The position numbers were made by a program, and so were the translations under genes. Below the pieces are notes generated by a model, which was not told the DNA's origin, did no database searches, and worked only from the letters and a program-made list of their open reading frames with translations. Shown here one piece after another: positions 10,210 to 23,500 of a DNA stretch of 64,000 nucleotides (its first letter is position 1; every line of letters starts with the position of its first letter). Source of the stretch: Eledone cirrhosa (lineage: Eukaryota); contig OZ024750.1 of NCBI GenBank assembly GCA_964016885.1, positions 37,634,001-37,698,000 on the forward strand, written 5' to 3'.

Positions 10210-10702
10210 CCGCAGCGATAAATTCAACAAGCACGGAAGTTATGTCAAGACATACCTGCCCAACCAAGTTTCAGCCAGTAACGCAGTGAATAAAGAAATA
10301 TTTTTTTTATCCCGTTAATAAAATAAGGTGAATTACCTTGAATAAATAATGAATGAATATTATATAATTTATCTACTAAATTTTGTAATACATGATTAAA
10401 CATAAATAATTTAATGTATTGCTTTATTTTAAAAAGTTTCAACTTCCGGTTATACTACCATACCAACACTATAAATAAAATTCTCCGGAGAAACGCCTTC
10501 TCCATTCTGTCCGTGAGGAGGCCAGCACGTGCGACCCCATTTGTTTACCATACAGTGATGGGGAGAGCGAGAGAGATGGACTCGATGACAGAAAACCTAG
10601 TTTCATTTTCGAGGACGTTAAACTTAACCTATGCCCATACATATATACATACACATGATGGCTGCCCCCCTCGTTATCGAGTATGGCCATTGCACGAGGA
10701 GA

Positions 10703-10763
10703 TAAAAAAAAAAAAAAATAAAAATAAATAAATAAATAAAAAATAAAATAAAAATAAAAAAAG

Positions 10764-10837
<74 letters not shown>

Positions 10838-10893
10838 TATATATATATACACACACACATATACATTAATAACAATAATAATAATAATAATAA
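10703..10893. repeat. Compound microsatellite: A-rich, (AT)n, (AC)n, (AAT)n
   Basis: Directly visible. The (AT)n run spans about 10768-10826. Confidence 0.95.
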
Positions 10894-13800
10894 CAACACA
10901 TAAGCAGGTAATACACACATCTAGGACCACATACAACACACAAGAAGGTAATACATACATCTAGGACCACATACAACACACCAGCAGGTAATACACACAT
11001 CTAGGACCACATACAACACATAAGCAGGTAATACATACATCTAGGGCTACATACAACACACAAGCAGGTAATACACACATCTAGGACCACATACAACACA
11101 CCAGCAGGTAATACACACATCTAGGACCACATACAACACACCAGCAGGTAATACACACATCTAGGACCACATACAACACATAAGCAGGTAATACACACAT
11201 CTAGGACCACATACAACACACAAGCAGGTAATACATACATCTAGGACCACATACAATACATACATAAGCAGGTAATACATACATCTAGGACAACATATAA
11301 CACACAACCAGGTAAAACACATATCTAGGACCACATACAACACATAAGCAGGTAATACACACATCTAGGGCCACATACAACGCACCAGCAGGTAATACAC
11401 ACATCTAGGACCACATGCACCACATAAGCAGGTAATACATACATCTCTAGGACCACATACAACACACAAGCAGGTAATACATACATCTAGGACCACATAC
11501 AACACACCAGCAGGTAATACACACATCTAGGACCACATACAACACACCAGCAGGTAATACATACATCTAGGACCACATACAACACACAAGCAGGTAATAC
11601 ATACATCTAGGACCACATATAACACACCAGCAGGTAATACACACATCTAGGACCACATACAACACACCAGCAGGTAATACACACATCTAGGACCACAAAC
11701 AACACACCAGCAGGTAATAGACACATCTAGGACCACATACAACACACAAGCAGGTAATACATACATCTAGGACCACATACAATACATACATAAGCAGGTA
11801 ATACATACATCTAGGACAACATATAAAACACAACCAGGTAAAACACATATCTAGGACCACATACAACACATAAGCAGGTAATACACACATCTAGGGCCAC
11901 ATACAACGCACCAGCAGGTAATACACACATCTAGGACCACATGCACCACATAAGCAGGTAATACATACATCTCTAGGACCACATACAACACACAAGCAGG
12001 TAATACATACATCTAGGACCACATACAACACACCAGCAGGTAATACACACATCTAGGACCACATACAACACACAAACAGGTAACACACACATCTAGGACC
12101 ACATACAACACACCAGCAGGTAATACACACATCTAGGACCACATACATCACACAACCAGGTAATACACACATCTAGGAACACATACAACACACAAACAGG
12201 TAACACACACATCTAGGACCACATACAACACACAAGCAGGTAATACACAAATCTAGGACCACATACAACACACAAGCAGGTAATATACACATCTAGGACC
12301 ACATACAACACACAAGCAAGTAATACACACATCTAGGAACACATACAACACACAAACAGGTAACACACACATCTAGGACCACACAACACACAAGCAGGTA
12401 ATACATACATCTAGGACCACATATAACACACCAGCAGGTAATACACACATCTAGGACCACATACAACACACCAGCAGGTAATACACACAGCTGGGACCAT
12501 ATACAACACACCAGCAGGTAATACACACATCTAGGACCACAAACAACACACCAGCAGGTAATACACACATCTAGGACCACATACAACACACCAGCAGGTA
12601 ATACATACATCTAGGACCACATACAACACACCAGCAGGTAATACACACATCTTGGACCACATACAACACATAAGCAGGTAATACATGCATCTAGGACCAC
12701 ATACAACACACAAGCAGGTAATACACACATCTAGGACCACATACATCACACAACCAGGTAATACACACATCTAGGACCACATACAACACAAGCAGGTAAT
12801 ATACGCATCTAGGACCACATACAACACACAAGCAGGTAATACACACACATCTAGGACCACATACAACACATAAGCAGGTAATACACACATCTTGGACCAC
12901 ATACAACACATAAGCAGGTAATACATACATCTAGGACCACATACATCACACAACCAGGTAATACACACATCTAGGAACACATACAACACACAAACAGGTA
13001 ACACACACATCTAGGACCACATACAACACACAACACACAACACACAAGCAGGTAATACACACATCTAGGACCACATACAACACATAAGCAGGTAATACAT
13101 ACATCTAGGGCTACATACAACACACAAGCAGGTAATACACACATCTAGGACCACATACAACACACCAGCAGGTAATACACACATCTAGGACCACATACAA
13201 CACACCAGCAGGTAATACACACATCTAGGACCACATACAACACATAAGCAGGTAATACACACATCTAGGACCACATACAACACACAAGCAGGTAATACAT
13301 ACATCTAGGACCACATACAATACATACATAAACAGGTAATACATACATCTAGGACAACATATAACACACAACCAGGTAAAACACATATCTAGGACCACAT
13401 ACAACACATAAGCAGGTAATACACACATCTAGGGCCACATACAACGCACCAGCAGGTAATACACACATCTAGGACCACATGCACCACATAAGCAGGTAAT
13501 ACATACATCTCTAGGACCACATACAACACACAAGCAGGTAATACATACATCTAGGACCACATACAACACACCAGCAGGTAATACACACATCTAGGACCAC
13601 ATACAACACACCAGCAGGTAATACATACATCTAGGACCACATACAACACACAAGCAGGTAATACATACATCTAGGACCACATATAACACACCAGCAGGTA
13701 ATACACACATCTAGGACCACATACAACACACCAGCAGGTAATACACACATCTAGGTCCACAAACAACACACCAGCAGGTAATAGACACATCTAGGACCAC

Positions 13801-14969
13801 ATACAACACACAAGCAGGTAATACATACATCTAGGACCACATACAATACATACATAAGCAGGTAATACATACATCTAGGACAACATATAAAACACAACCA
13901 GGTAAAACACATATCTAGGACCACATACAACACATAAGCAGGTAATACACACATCTAGGGCCACATACAACGCACCAGCAGGTAATACACACATCTAGGA
14001 CCACATGCACCACATAAGCAGGTAATACATAAATCTCTAGGACCACATACAACACACAAGCAGGTAATACATACATCTAGGACCACATACAACACACCAG
14101 CAGGTAATACACACATCTAGGACCACATACAACACACAAACAGGTAACACACACATCTAGGACCACATACATCACACAACCAGGTAATACACACATCTAG
14201 GAACACATACAACACACAAACAGGTAACACACACATCTAGGACCACATACAACACACAAGCAGGTAATACACAAATCTAGGACCACATACAACACACAAG
14301 CAGGTAATATACACATCTAGGACCACATACAACACACAAGCAAGTAATACACACATCTAGGAACACATACAACACACAAACAGGTAACACACACATCTAG
14401 GACCACACAACACACAAGCAGGTAATACATACATCTAGGACCACAAACAACACACCAGCAGGTAATACACACATCTAGGACCACATACAACACACCAGCA
14501 GGTAATACATACATCTAGGACCACATACAACACACCAGCAGGTAATACACACATCTTGGACCACATACAACACATAAGCAGGTAATACATGCATCTAGGA
14601 CCACATACAACACACAAGCAGGTAATACACACATCTAGGACCACATACATCACACAACCAGGTAATACACACATCTAGGACCACATACAACACAAGCAGG
14701 TAATATACGCATCTAGGACCACATACAACACACAAGCAGGTAATACACACACATCTAGGACCACATACAACACATAAGCAGGTAATACACACATCTTGGA
14801 CCACATACAACACATAAGCAGGTAATACATACATCTAGGACCACATACATCACACAACCAGGTAATACACACATCTAGGAACACATACAACACACAAACA
14901 GGTAACACATACATCTAGGACCACACACAACACACAAGCAGGTAATACGCCCATCTAGGACCACATACA
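10893..14969. repeat. 40-bp minisatellite array A, about 100 copies
   Basis: Unit CTAGGACCACATACAACACACAAGCAGGTAATACACACAT with small indel variants. It accounts for all the C/V/Y-rich minus-strand ORFs in this interval. Confidence 0.98.
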
Positions 14970-15460
14970 GCAAAAGGCAGGCGAAAGGGATTGACAAACG
15001 AACCGCTACCAGGGCAAAAGATAACAATATCGCAAGGAGCACTGGGAAACCTGTCTAATCATTTTTGAGGCAAGCAACACACTCGCACTCGGGTGATGGC
15101 GAGGCTGAGGTGCTGGAACAACCAAGCGCCTTCACGAGCATCACCACTTACCTCAGTTAGGCGAACCACCAGTGAAGATAAGAACTTCGCAGTCAGTAAC
15201 CCGACTCCTCCAAACGTCTTGAACACCACAGGCTGGATAATGGAGTTAGCCGACGGATCACGGTATTTTAGGATTATATTCCGTTCGGCTGCAGATGCAG
15301 TAGCTCTCGCCCTTAGCGCTACACCCAGGATCAGGGAAGAAGCAAAAAAGTCATTAACTGTGACATCCCAGATAAGGTACCTGCCTCTTGACCAGGGGTA
15401 CAGAGTAAGACTCTCAAATCTTTTCCTATCAATTCTGGACAACCCAGACGGTTCCAAAAT
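14970..15460 (-). mobile_element. Second CRE-like retrotransposon 3' fragment (restriction-like endonuclease domain and 3' UTR)
   Basis: ORF 15059-15457 reads EPSGLSRIDRKRFESLTLYPWSRGRYLIWDVTVND...AAERNIILKY...QPVVFKTFG...DAREGAWLFQHLSLAITR. This matches EP.GL.R.DGKRPDG.T..PW..G..L.WD.T..D with a degraded catalytic PD motif. Confidence 0.85.
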
Positions 15461-15714
15461 TGAGATGATGTTAAGTGGTAATAGGACAGTGTGTGTATGT
15501 GCAAGCGTGTGAGATTGTCGTCATTCTTAAATTAGAGACGTGTGTGTGTGTCATATATATTTATGTGTGTGTCACCGTTTTTAAGTTAGAGACATATGTA
15601 TGTGTGTATCCCTTTCCTTCCTTTTACACATACATACATTCACACAAACACGCACACACACACATTGTGTGACGGATGGATGGACAGAAGTCGCTCACAT
15701 TTATATACATGTGA

Positions 15715-16265
15715 ATGGAGTTCCACTGAGGTTCAAGTACCTCGGGGTCGTGTTCATGAGTGGTGGAATGCAGGAGGCTGAATTAAGTGCAAGAATTGCA
15801 AAAGCTGATGCAGTAATGCGCCAGTCTCAGCATTCAGCAATCAGCAGAAGGAGGTAGGTGTAAAAGCCAAACTCGCTGACTTCCTGGTATTCCTGCCAAC
15901 CCTTACCTAGGATCATGAATCTTGGGTAATGACCGAAAGAATACGATTGTAAATACAAGCGGCCGAAATGGGGTTCCTCTGAAGGGTCTTTGGAGTAACG
16001 TTATTCGATAAAGTGCATAACTCGGAGATCAAAGAGTCACTCCAGGTGGAGCCGCTACTTCTCCGGATTGAGAGATCACAGTTCCGATACTATGGGCATG
16101 TGGTTAGAATTGCTGGACAGATTTTACAGGCAAAACCAGCCAGCAAGAGACCTAGAGGTAGACCTTGAGTAAGATAGTTGAATTACATCCATGAGCTTCG
16201 CTGGTCACGCTTTGGGATCCTGCTGCATCAGTTGGAGATGTTTGCTTCTGACAGACTCGCTGGAA
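15715..16265 (+). pseudogene. RTE-clade LINE (Expander/Rex3-like) 3' fragment
   Basis: FKYLGVVFMSGG..EAELSARIAKADAVMR, then PTLT*DHESWVMTERIRL*IQAAEMGFL*RVFGVTLFDKVHNSEIKESLQVEPLLLRIERSQFRYYGHVVR and KRPRGRP. Confidence 0.9.
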
Positions 16266-16398
16266 GGAGTCAATTTACTTTTCAATTTACATATATTTAT
16301 ATGCATACATATTTGAGTATAATACTAATACTCACACTACATATGCCAGCAGAAAACTACCCAAAGGGCTATTCTTCTGGTAGTATACATAACGACCG

Positions 16399-16766
16399 CA
16401 GTTGCAAGGTACCCCTGCATCCACGGTCCCGGTTATTCGCGGAATTTTCCTTAGAACCTAACTAATAATTGTTCGTGGAAACCACCACATATTCGCGGAA
16501 TCGTAAATATTTTCAGTGATATTTTAATGGCTTATTTCGTGGCAATATATATTTTTTAACGCTAAACTATTAATAACAATATACCGTATTCGGCGACCTA
16601 TTGGATGCCCCTTCGTATAAGATGCTCCCTCTTTTTTATTATATTTTACATTATATTTTGACATTTATAGGCATTTTTTATGGACGATGTCCAATATACT
16701 CGGTTTTCAACTCTTCGCGGGTGCTCTAGGAACGTAAACCCTCGCGATAACCGGCGGACAACTCTA
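16399..16766. mobile_element. Tigger/pogo-like MITE remnant
   Basis: Left CCGGTTATTCGCGG is an inverted match to right CGCGATAACCGG. The right end GGAACGTAAACCCTCGCGATAACCGGCGGACAACTCTA resembles Tigger-MITE termini ending at TA. A second pogo-like terminus, TACCGTATT...TATAAGATGC, lies inside at about 16582-16625. Confidence 0.55.
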
Positions 16767-16985
16767 TATGCAAATATGCATTTACAAATACACAGGTATG
16801 AACCAGTTCATACATGTGCTTAATATATCTATATTAAGAAATTTATTACATACATTTATTTGCACAAAGAAACGCCTTAATAAAATGGCTTTATTCTTTC
16901 TACGCAAAGAAAGACGATTGCAAGCTGTTTGAGAAAGGATGCATGGATCAGGCAGGAACATAGAGAAGTCAGGCAGGAACATAGA

Positions 16986-17157
16986 GAAGAAATAATTGTT
17001 TTTACTTTTGGTACAATGCCAGCAATTATTCCAGTGTATTACTGGTACTTTATTTTATCGACTCCGTAAGGATGAAAGTTAACCTCGGTGGGATTTGAAC
17101 TCAGACCATAAAGGGCCATAACTCTGTGCTGCAAAGCATGGCGTCCACCCTCTAACG
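16986..17157 (-). mobile_element. SINE copy of the same family as 262-525
   Basis: GAAGAAATAATTGTTTTTACTTTTGGTACAATGCCAGCAATT...TTTTATCGACTCCGTAAGGATGAAAG...GGATTTGAACTCAGACC. It is preceded by a 21-bp tandem duplication, TCAGGCAGGAACATAGAGAAG x2 (16948-16989). Confidence 0.8.
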
Positions 17158-17197
17158 AGAAAGAGAAAGATGACGACAACATCAGAGACACGAGGGA

Positions 17198-17510
17198 ATG
17201 AATGAAGAACAGAGGTATATGGTTTTAGAGCAAGCTAGACTAAGACAACAGGAGGGAAGAGAAAATATACTTCAAGATAAATGTTAAGAATATCTGGAGA
17301 AACAAAGACTCAGACATAAAGAAAGAAGAAATAATTTGGTTCCAGAAGAACACGCATTACATTGCCAGCGTGGCCAGCTTAGGCAACAGGAAAGGAGAGA
17401 CCACATACATAGGAATGAATGAGCACATTATCTTGAGCAGCAGGGAGATGAACATAGACTTAGAAAAGAAATCATGAATGCTGAAGAACTACATAGTGAG
17501 CGACGTATGA
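17198..17510 (+). pseudogene. Decayed coding stretch with 23-aa periodic R/E/Q-rich repeats (STPR-like, as at the N-terminus of many Helitron RepHel proteins)
   Basis: One frame from ATG 17198 reads MNEEQRYMVLEQARLRQQEGREN / ILQDKC*EYLEKQRLRHKERRNN / LVPEEHALHCQRGQLRQQERRDH / IHRNE*AHYLEQQGDEHRLRKEI / MNAEELHSERRM. The period is exactly 23 aa, with two in-frame stops. Confidence 0.65.
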
Positions 17511-20500
17511 CTAACCTGTACACTGTATGTGATGTACCATGAAGCTATGGCTAACCTGTACACTGTATGTGATGTACCATGAAGCTATGGCTAACCTGTA
17601 CACTGTATGTGATGTACCATGAAGCTATGACTAACCTGTACACTGTATGTGATGTACCATGAAGCTATGACTAACCTGTACACTGTATGTGATGTACCAT
17701 GAAGCTATGGCTAACCTGTACACTGTATGTGATGTACCATGAAGCTATGACTAACCTGTAAACTGTATGTGATGTACCATGAAGCTATGACTAACCTGTA
17801 CACTGTATGTGATGTACCATGAAGCTATGACTAACCTGTACACTGTATGTGATGTACCATGAAGCTATGGCTAAGCTGTACACTGTATGTGATGTACCAT
17901 GAAGCTATGGCTAACCTGTACACTGTATGTGATGTACCATGAAGCTATGACTAACCTGTACACTGTATGTGATGTACCATGAAGCTATGACTAACCTGTA
18001 CACTGTATGTGATGTACCATGAAGCTATGACTAACCTGTACACTGTATGTGATGTACCATGAAGCTATGGCTAACCTGTACACTGTATGTGATGTACCAA
18101 GAAGCTATGACTAACCTGTACACTGTATGTGATGTACCATGAAGCTATGACTAACCTGTACACTGTATGTGATGTACCATGAAGCTATGACTAACCTGTA
18201 CACTGTATGTGATGTACTATGAAGCTATGACTAACCTGTACACTGTATGTGATGTACCATGAAGCTATAGCTAACTTGTACACTGTATGTGATGTACCAT
18301 GAAGCTAAGGCTAACCTGTACACTGTATGTGATGTACCATGAAGCTATGGCTAACCTGTACACTGTATGTGATGTACCATGAAGCTATGACTAACATGTA
18401 CACTGTATGTGATGTACCATGAAGCTATGACTAACCTGTACACTGTATGTGATGTACTATGAAGCTATGACTAACCTGTACACTGTATGTGATGTACCAT
18501 GAAGCTATGACTAACCTGTACACTGTATGTGATGTACCATGAAGCTATGACTAACCTGTACACTGTATGTGATGTACCATGAAGCTATGACTAACCTGTA
18601 CACTGTATGTGATGTACCATGAAGCTATGGCTAACCTGTACACTGTATGTGATGTACCATGAAGCTATGACTAACCTGTACACTGTATGTGATGTACCAA
18701 GAAGCTATGACTAACCTGTACACTGTATGTGATGTACCATGAAGCTATGACTAACCTGTACACTGTATGTGATGTACCATGAAGCTATGACTAACCTGTA
18801 CACTGTATGTGATGTACTATGAAGCTATGACTAACCTGTACACTGTATGTGATGTACCATGAAGCTATGACTAACCTGTACACTGTATGTGATGTACCAT
18901 GAAGCTATAGCTAACTTGTACACTGTATGTGATGTACCATGAAGCTATGGCTAACCTGTACACTGTATGTGATGTACCATGAAGCTATGACTAACCTGTA
19001 CACTGTATGTGATGTACCATGAAGCTATGGCTAACCTGTACACTGTATGTGATGTACCATGAAGCTATGGCTAACCTGTACACTGTATGTGATGTACCAT
19101 GAAGCTATGACTAATATGTACACTGTATGTGATGTACCATGAAGCTATGACTAACCTGTACACTATATGTGATGTACCATGAAGCTATGGCTAACCTGTA
19201 CACTGTATGTGATGTACCATGAAGCTATGAATAACCTGTACACTGTATCTGATGTAGCATGAAGCTATAGCTACGCTGTACACTGTATGTGATCTACCAT
19301 GAAGCTATGACTAACCTGTACACTGTATGTGATGTACCATGAAGCTATGACTAACCTGTACACTGTATGTGATGTACCATGAAGCTATGGCTAACCTGTA
19401 CACTGTATGTGATGTACCATGAAGCTATGACTAACCTGTACACTGTATGTGATGTACGTGAAGCTATGGCTAACCTGTACACTGTATGTGATGTACCATG
19501 AAGCTATGGCTAACCTGTACACTGTATGTGATCTACCATGAAGCTATGGCTAACCTGTACACTGTATGTGATGTACCATGAAGCTATGGCTAGCCTGTAC
19601 ACTGTATGTGATGTACCATGAAGATATGACTAACTTGTACACTGTATGTGATGTACCATGAAGCTATGGCTAACCTGTACACTGTATGTGATGTACCATG
19701 AAGCTATGACTAACCTGTACACTGTATATGATGTACCATGAAGCTATGACTAACCTGTACACTGTATGTGATGTACCATGAAGCTATGGCTAACATGTAC
19801 ACTGTATGTGATGTACCATGAAGCTATCACTAACCTGTACACTGTATGTGATGTACCATGAAGCTATGGCTAACCTGCACACTGTATGTGATGTACCATG
19901 AAGCTATGACTAACCTGTACACTGTATGTGATGTACCATGAAGCTATGGCTAACCGGTACACTGTATGTGATGTACCATGAAGCTATGGCTAACCTGTAC
20001 ACTGTATGTGATGTACCATGAAGCTATGACTAACCTGTACACTGTATGTGATGTACCATGAAGCTATGACTAACCTGTACACTGTATGTGCTGTACCATG
20101 AAGCTATGGCTAACCTGTACACTGTATGTGATGTACCATGAAGCTATGACTAACCTGTACACTGTATGTGATGTACCATGAAGCTATGACTAACCTGTAC
20201 ACTGTATGTGATGTACCATGAAGCTATGAATAACCTGTACACTGTATCTGATGTAGCATGAAGCTATAGCTACCCTGTACACTGTATGTGATCTACCATG
20301 AAGCTATGACTAACCTGTACACTGTATGTGATGTACCATGAAGCTATGACTAACCTGTACACTGTATGTGATGTACCATGAAGCTATGGCTAACCTGTAC
20401 ACTGTATGTGATGTACCATGAAGCTATGACTAACCTGTACACTGTATGTGATGTACGTGAAGCTATGGCTAACCTGTACACTGTATGTGATGTACCATGA

Positions 20501-23500
20501 AGCTATGGCTAACCTGTACACTGTATGCGATCTGCCATGAAGCTATGGCTAACCTGTACACTGTATGTGATGTACCATGAAGCTATGGCTAGCCTGTACA
20601 CTGTATGTGATGTACCATGAAGATATGACTAACTTGTACACTGTATGTGATGTACCATGAAGCTATGGCTAACCTGTACACTGTATGTGATGTACCATGA
20701 AGCTATGACTAACCCGTACACTGTATATGATGTACCATGAAGCTATGACTAACCTGCACACTGTATGTGATGTACTATGAAGCTATGACTAACCTGTACA
20801 CTGTATGTGATGTACCATGAAGCTATGACTAACCTGTACACTGTATGTGATGTACTATGAAGCTATGGCTAACATGTACACTGTATGTGATGTACCATAA
20901 AGCTATGACTAACCTGTACACTGTATGTGATGTACCATGAAGCTATGGCTAACCTGCACACTGTATGTGATGTACCATGAAGCTATGACTAACCTGTACA
21001 CTGTATGTGATGTACCATGAAGCTATGGCTAACAGGTACACTGTATGTGATGTACCATGAAGCTATGGCTAACCTGTACACTGTATGTGATGTACCATGA
21101 AGCTATGACTAACCTGTACACTGTATGTGATGTACCATGAAGCTATGACTAACCTGTACACTGTATGTGCTGTACCATGAAGCTATGGCTAACCTGTACA
21201 CTGTATGTGATGTACCATGAAGCTATGACTAACCTGTACACTGTATGTGATGTACCATGAAGCTATGGCTAACCTGTACACTGTATGTGATGTACCATGA
21301 AGCTATGGCTAACCTGTACACTGTATGTGATGTACCATGAAGCTATGACTAACATGTACAATGTATGTGATGTACCATGAAGCTATGACTAACCTGTACA
21401 CTGTATGTGATGTACTATGAACCTATGACTAACCTGTACACTGTAGGTGATGTACCATGACTCTATGACTAACCTGTACACTGTATGTGATGTACCATAA
21501 AGCTATGGCTAACCTGTACACTGTATCTGATGTACCATGAAGCTATGACTAACCTGTACACTGTATGTGATGTATCATGAAGCTATGGCTAACCTGTACA
21601 CTGTATGTGATGTACCATGAAGCTATAGCTAACCTGTACACTGTATGTGATGTACCATGAAGCTATGGCTAACCTGTACACTGTATGTGATGTACCATGA
21701 AGCTATGACTAACCTGTACACTGTATGTGATGTACCATGAAGCTATGACTAACCTGTACACTGTATGTGATGTACCATGAAGCTATGACTAACCTGTACA
21801 CTGTATGTGATGTACCATGAAGCTATGACTAACCTGTACACTGTATGTGATGTACCATGAAGCTATGACTAACCTCTAGACTGTATGTGATGTACCATGA
21901 AGCTATGACTAACCTGTAAACTGTATGTGATGTACCATGAAGCTATAGCTAACCTGTACACTGTATGTGATGTACCATGAAGCTATGACTAACCTGTACA
22001 CTGTATGTGATGTACCGTGAAGCTATGGCTAACCTGTACACTGTATGTGATGTACCATGAAGCTATGGCTAACCTGTACACTGTATGTGATGTACCATGA
22101 AGATATGACTAACCTGTACACTGTATGTGAAGTACCATGAAGCTATAGCTAACCTGTACACTGTATGTGATGTACCATGAAGCTATGGCTAACCTGTACA
22201 CTGTATGTGACGTACCATGAAGCTATGGCTAACCTGTACACTGTATGTGATGTACCATGAAGATATGACTAACCTGTACACTGTATGTGATGTACCATGA
22301 AGCTATGGCTAACCTGTACATTGTATGTGATGTACCATGAAGCCATGACTAACCTGTACACTGTATGTGATGTACCATGAAGCTATGAATAACCTGTACA
22401 CTGTATCTGATGTACCATGAAGCTATAGCTAACCTGTACACTGTATGTGATCTACCATGAAGCTATGACTAACCTGTAAACTGTATGTGATGTACCATGA
22501 AGCTATGGCTAACCTGTACACTGTATGTGATGTACCATGAAGCTACGACTAACCTGTACACTGTATGTGATGTACCATGAAGCTATGACTAACCTAAAGA
22601 CTGTATGTGATGTACCATGAAGCTATAGCTAACCTGTACACTGTATGTGATGTACCATGAAGCTATGACTAACCTGAAGACTGTATGTGATGTACCACGA
22701 AGCTATAGCTAACCTGTACACTGTATGTGATGTACCATGAAGCTATGACTAACCTGTACACTGTATGTGATGTACCACGAAGCTATAGCTAACCTGTACA
22801 CTGTATGTGATGTACCATGAAGCTATGGCTAACCTGTACACTGTATGTGATGTACCATGAAGCTATGACTAACCTGTACACTGTATGTGATGTACCATGA
22901 AGCTATGGCTAACCTGTACACTGTATGTGATGTACCATGAATCTATGACTAACCTGTACACTGTATGTGATGTACCGTGAAGCTATGGCTAACCTGTACA
23001 CTGTATGTGATGTACCATGAAGCTATGGCTAACCTGTACACTGTATGTGATGTACCATGAAGCTATGGCTAACATGTACACTGTATGTGATGTACCATGA
23101 AGCTATGACTAACCTGTACACTGTATGTGATGTACCATGAAGCTATGGCTAACCTGTACACTGTATGTGATGTACCATGAAGCTATGGCTAACCTGTACA
23201 CTCTATGTGATGTACCATGAAGCTATGGCTAACCTGTACACTGTATGTGATGTACCATGAAGCTATGGCTAACCTGTACACTGTATGTGATGTACCATGA
23301 AGCTATGACTAACCTGTACACTGTATGTGATGTACCATGAAGCTATGGCTAACCTGTACACTGTATGTGATGTACCATGAAGCTATGGCTAACCTGTACA
23401 CTGTATGTGATGTACCATGAAACTATGACTAACCTATACACTGTATGTGATGTACCATGAAGCTATGACTAACCTGTACACTGTATGTGATGTACCATGA

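Noticed and set aside
10469-14914. Numerous Cys/Val/Tyr-rich minus-strand ORFs
   Set aside because: They are translations of microsatellites and the 40-bp array, opened by chance indels.
15093-15512. 139-aa plus-strand ORF, and similarly 5214-5468, 2014-2566 and 4280-5029
   Set aside because: These are antisense shadows of TE coding remnants.
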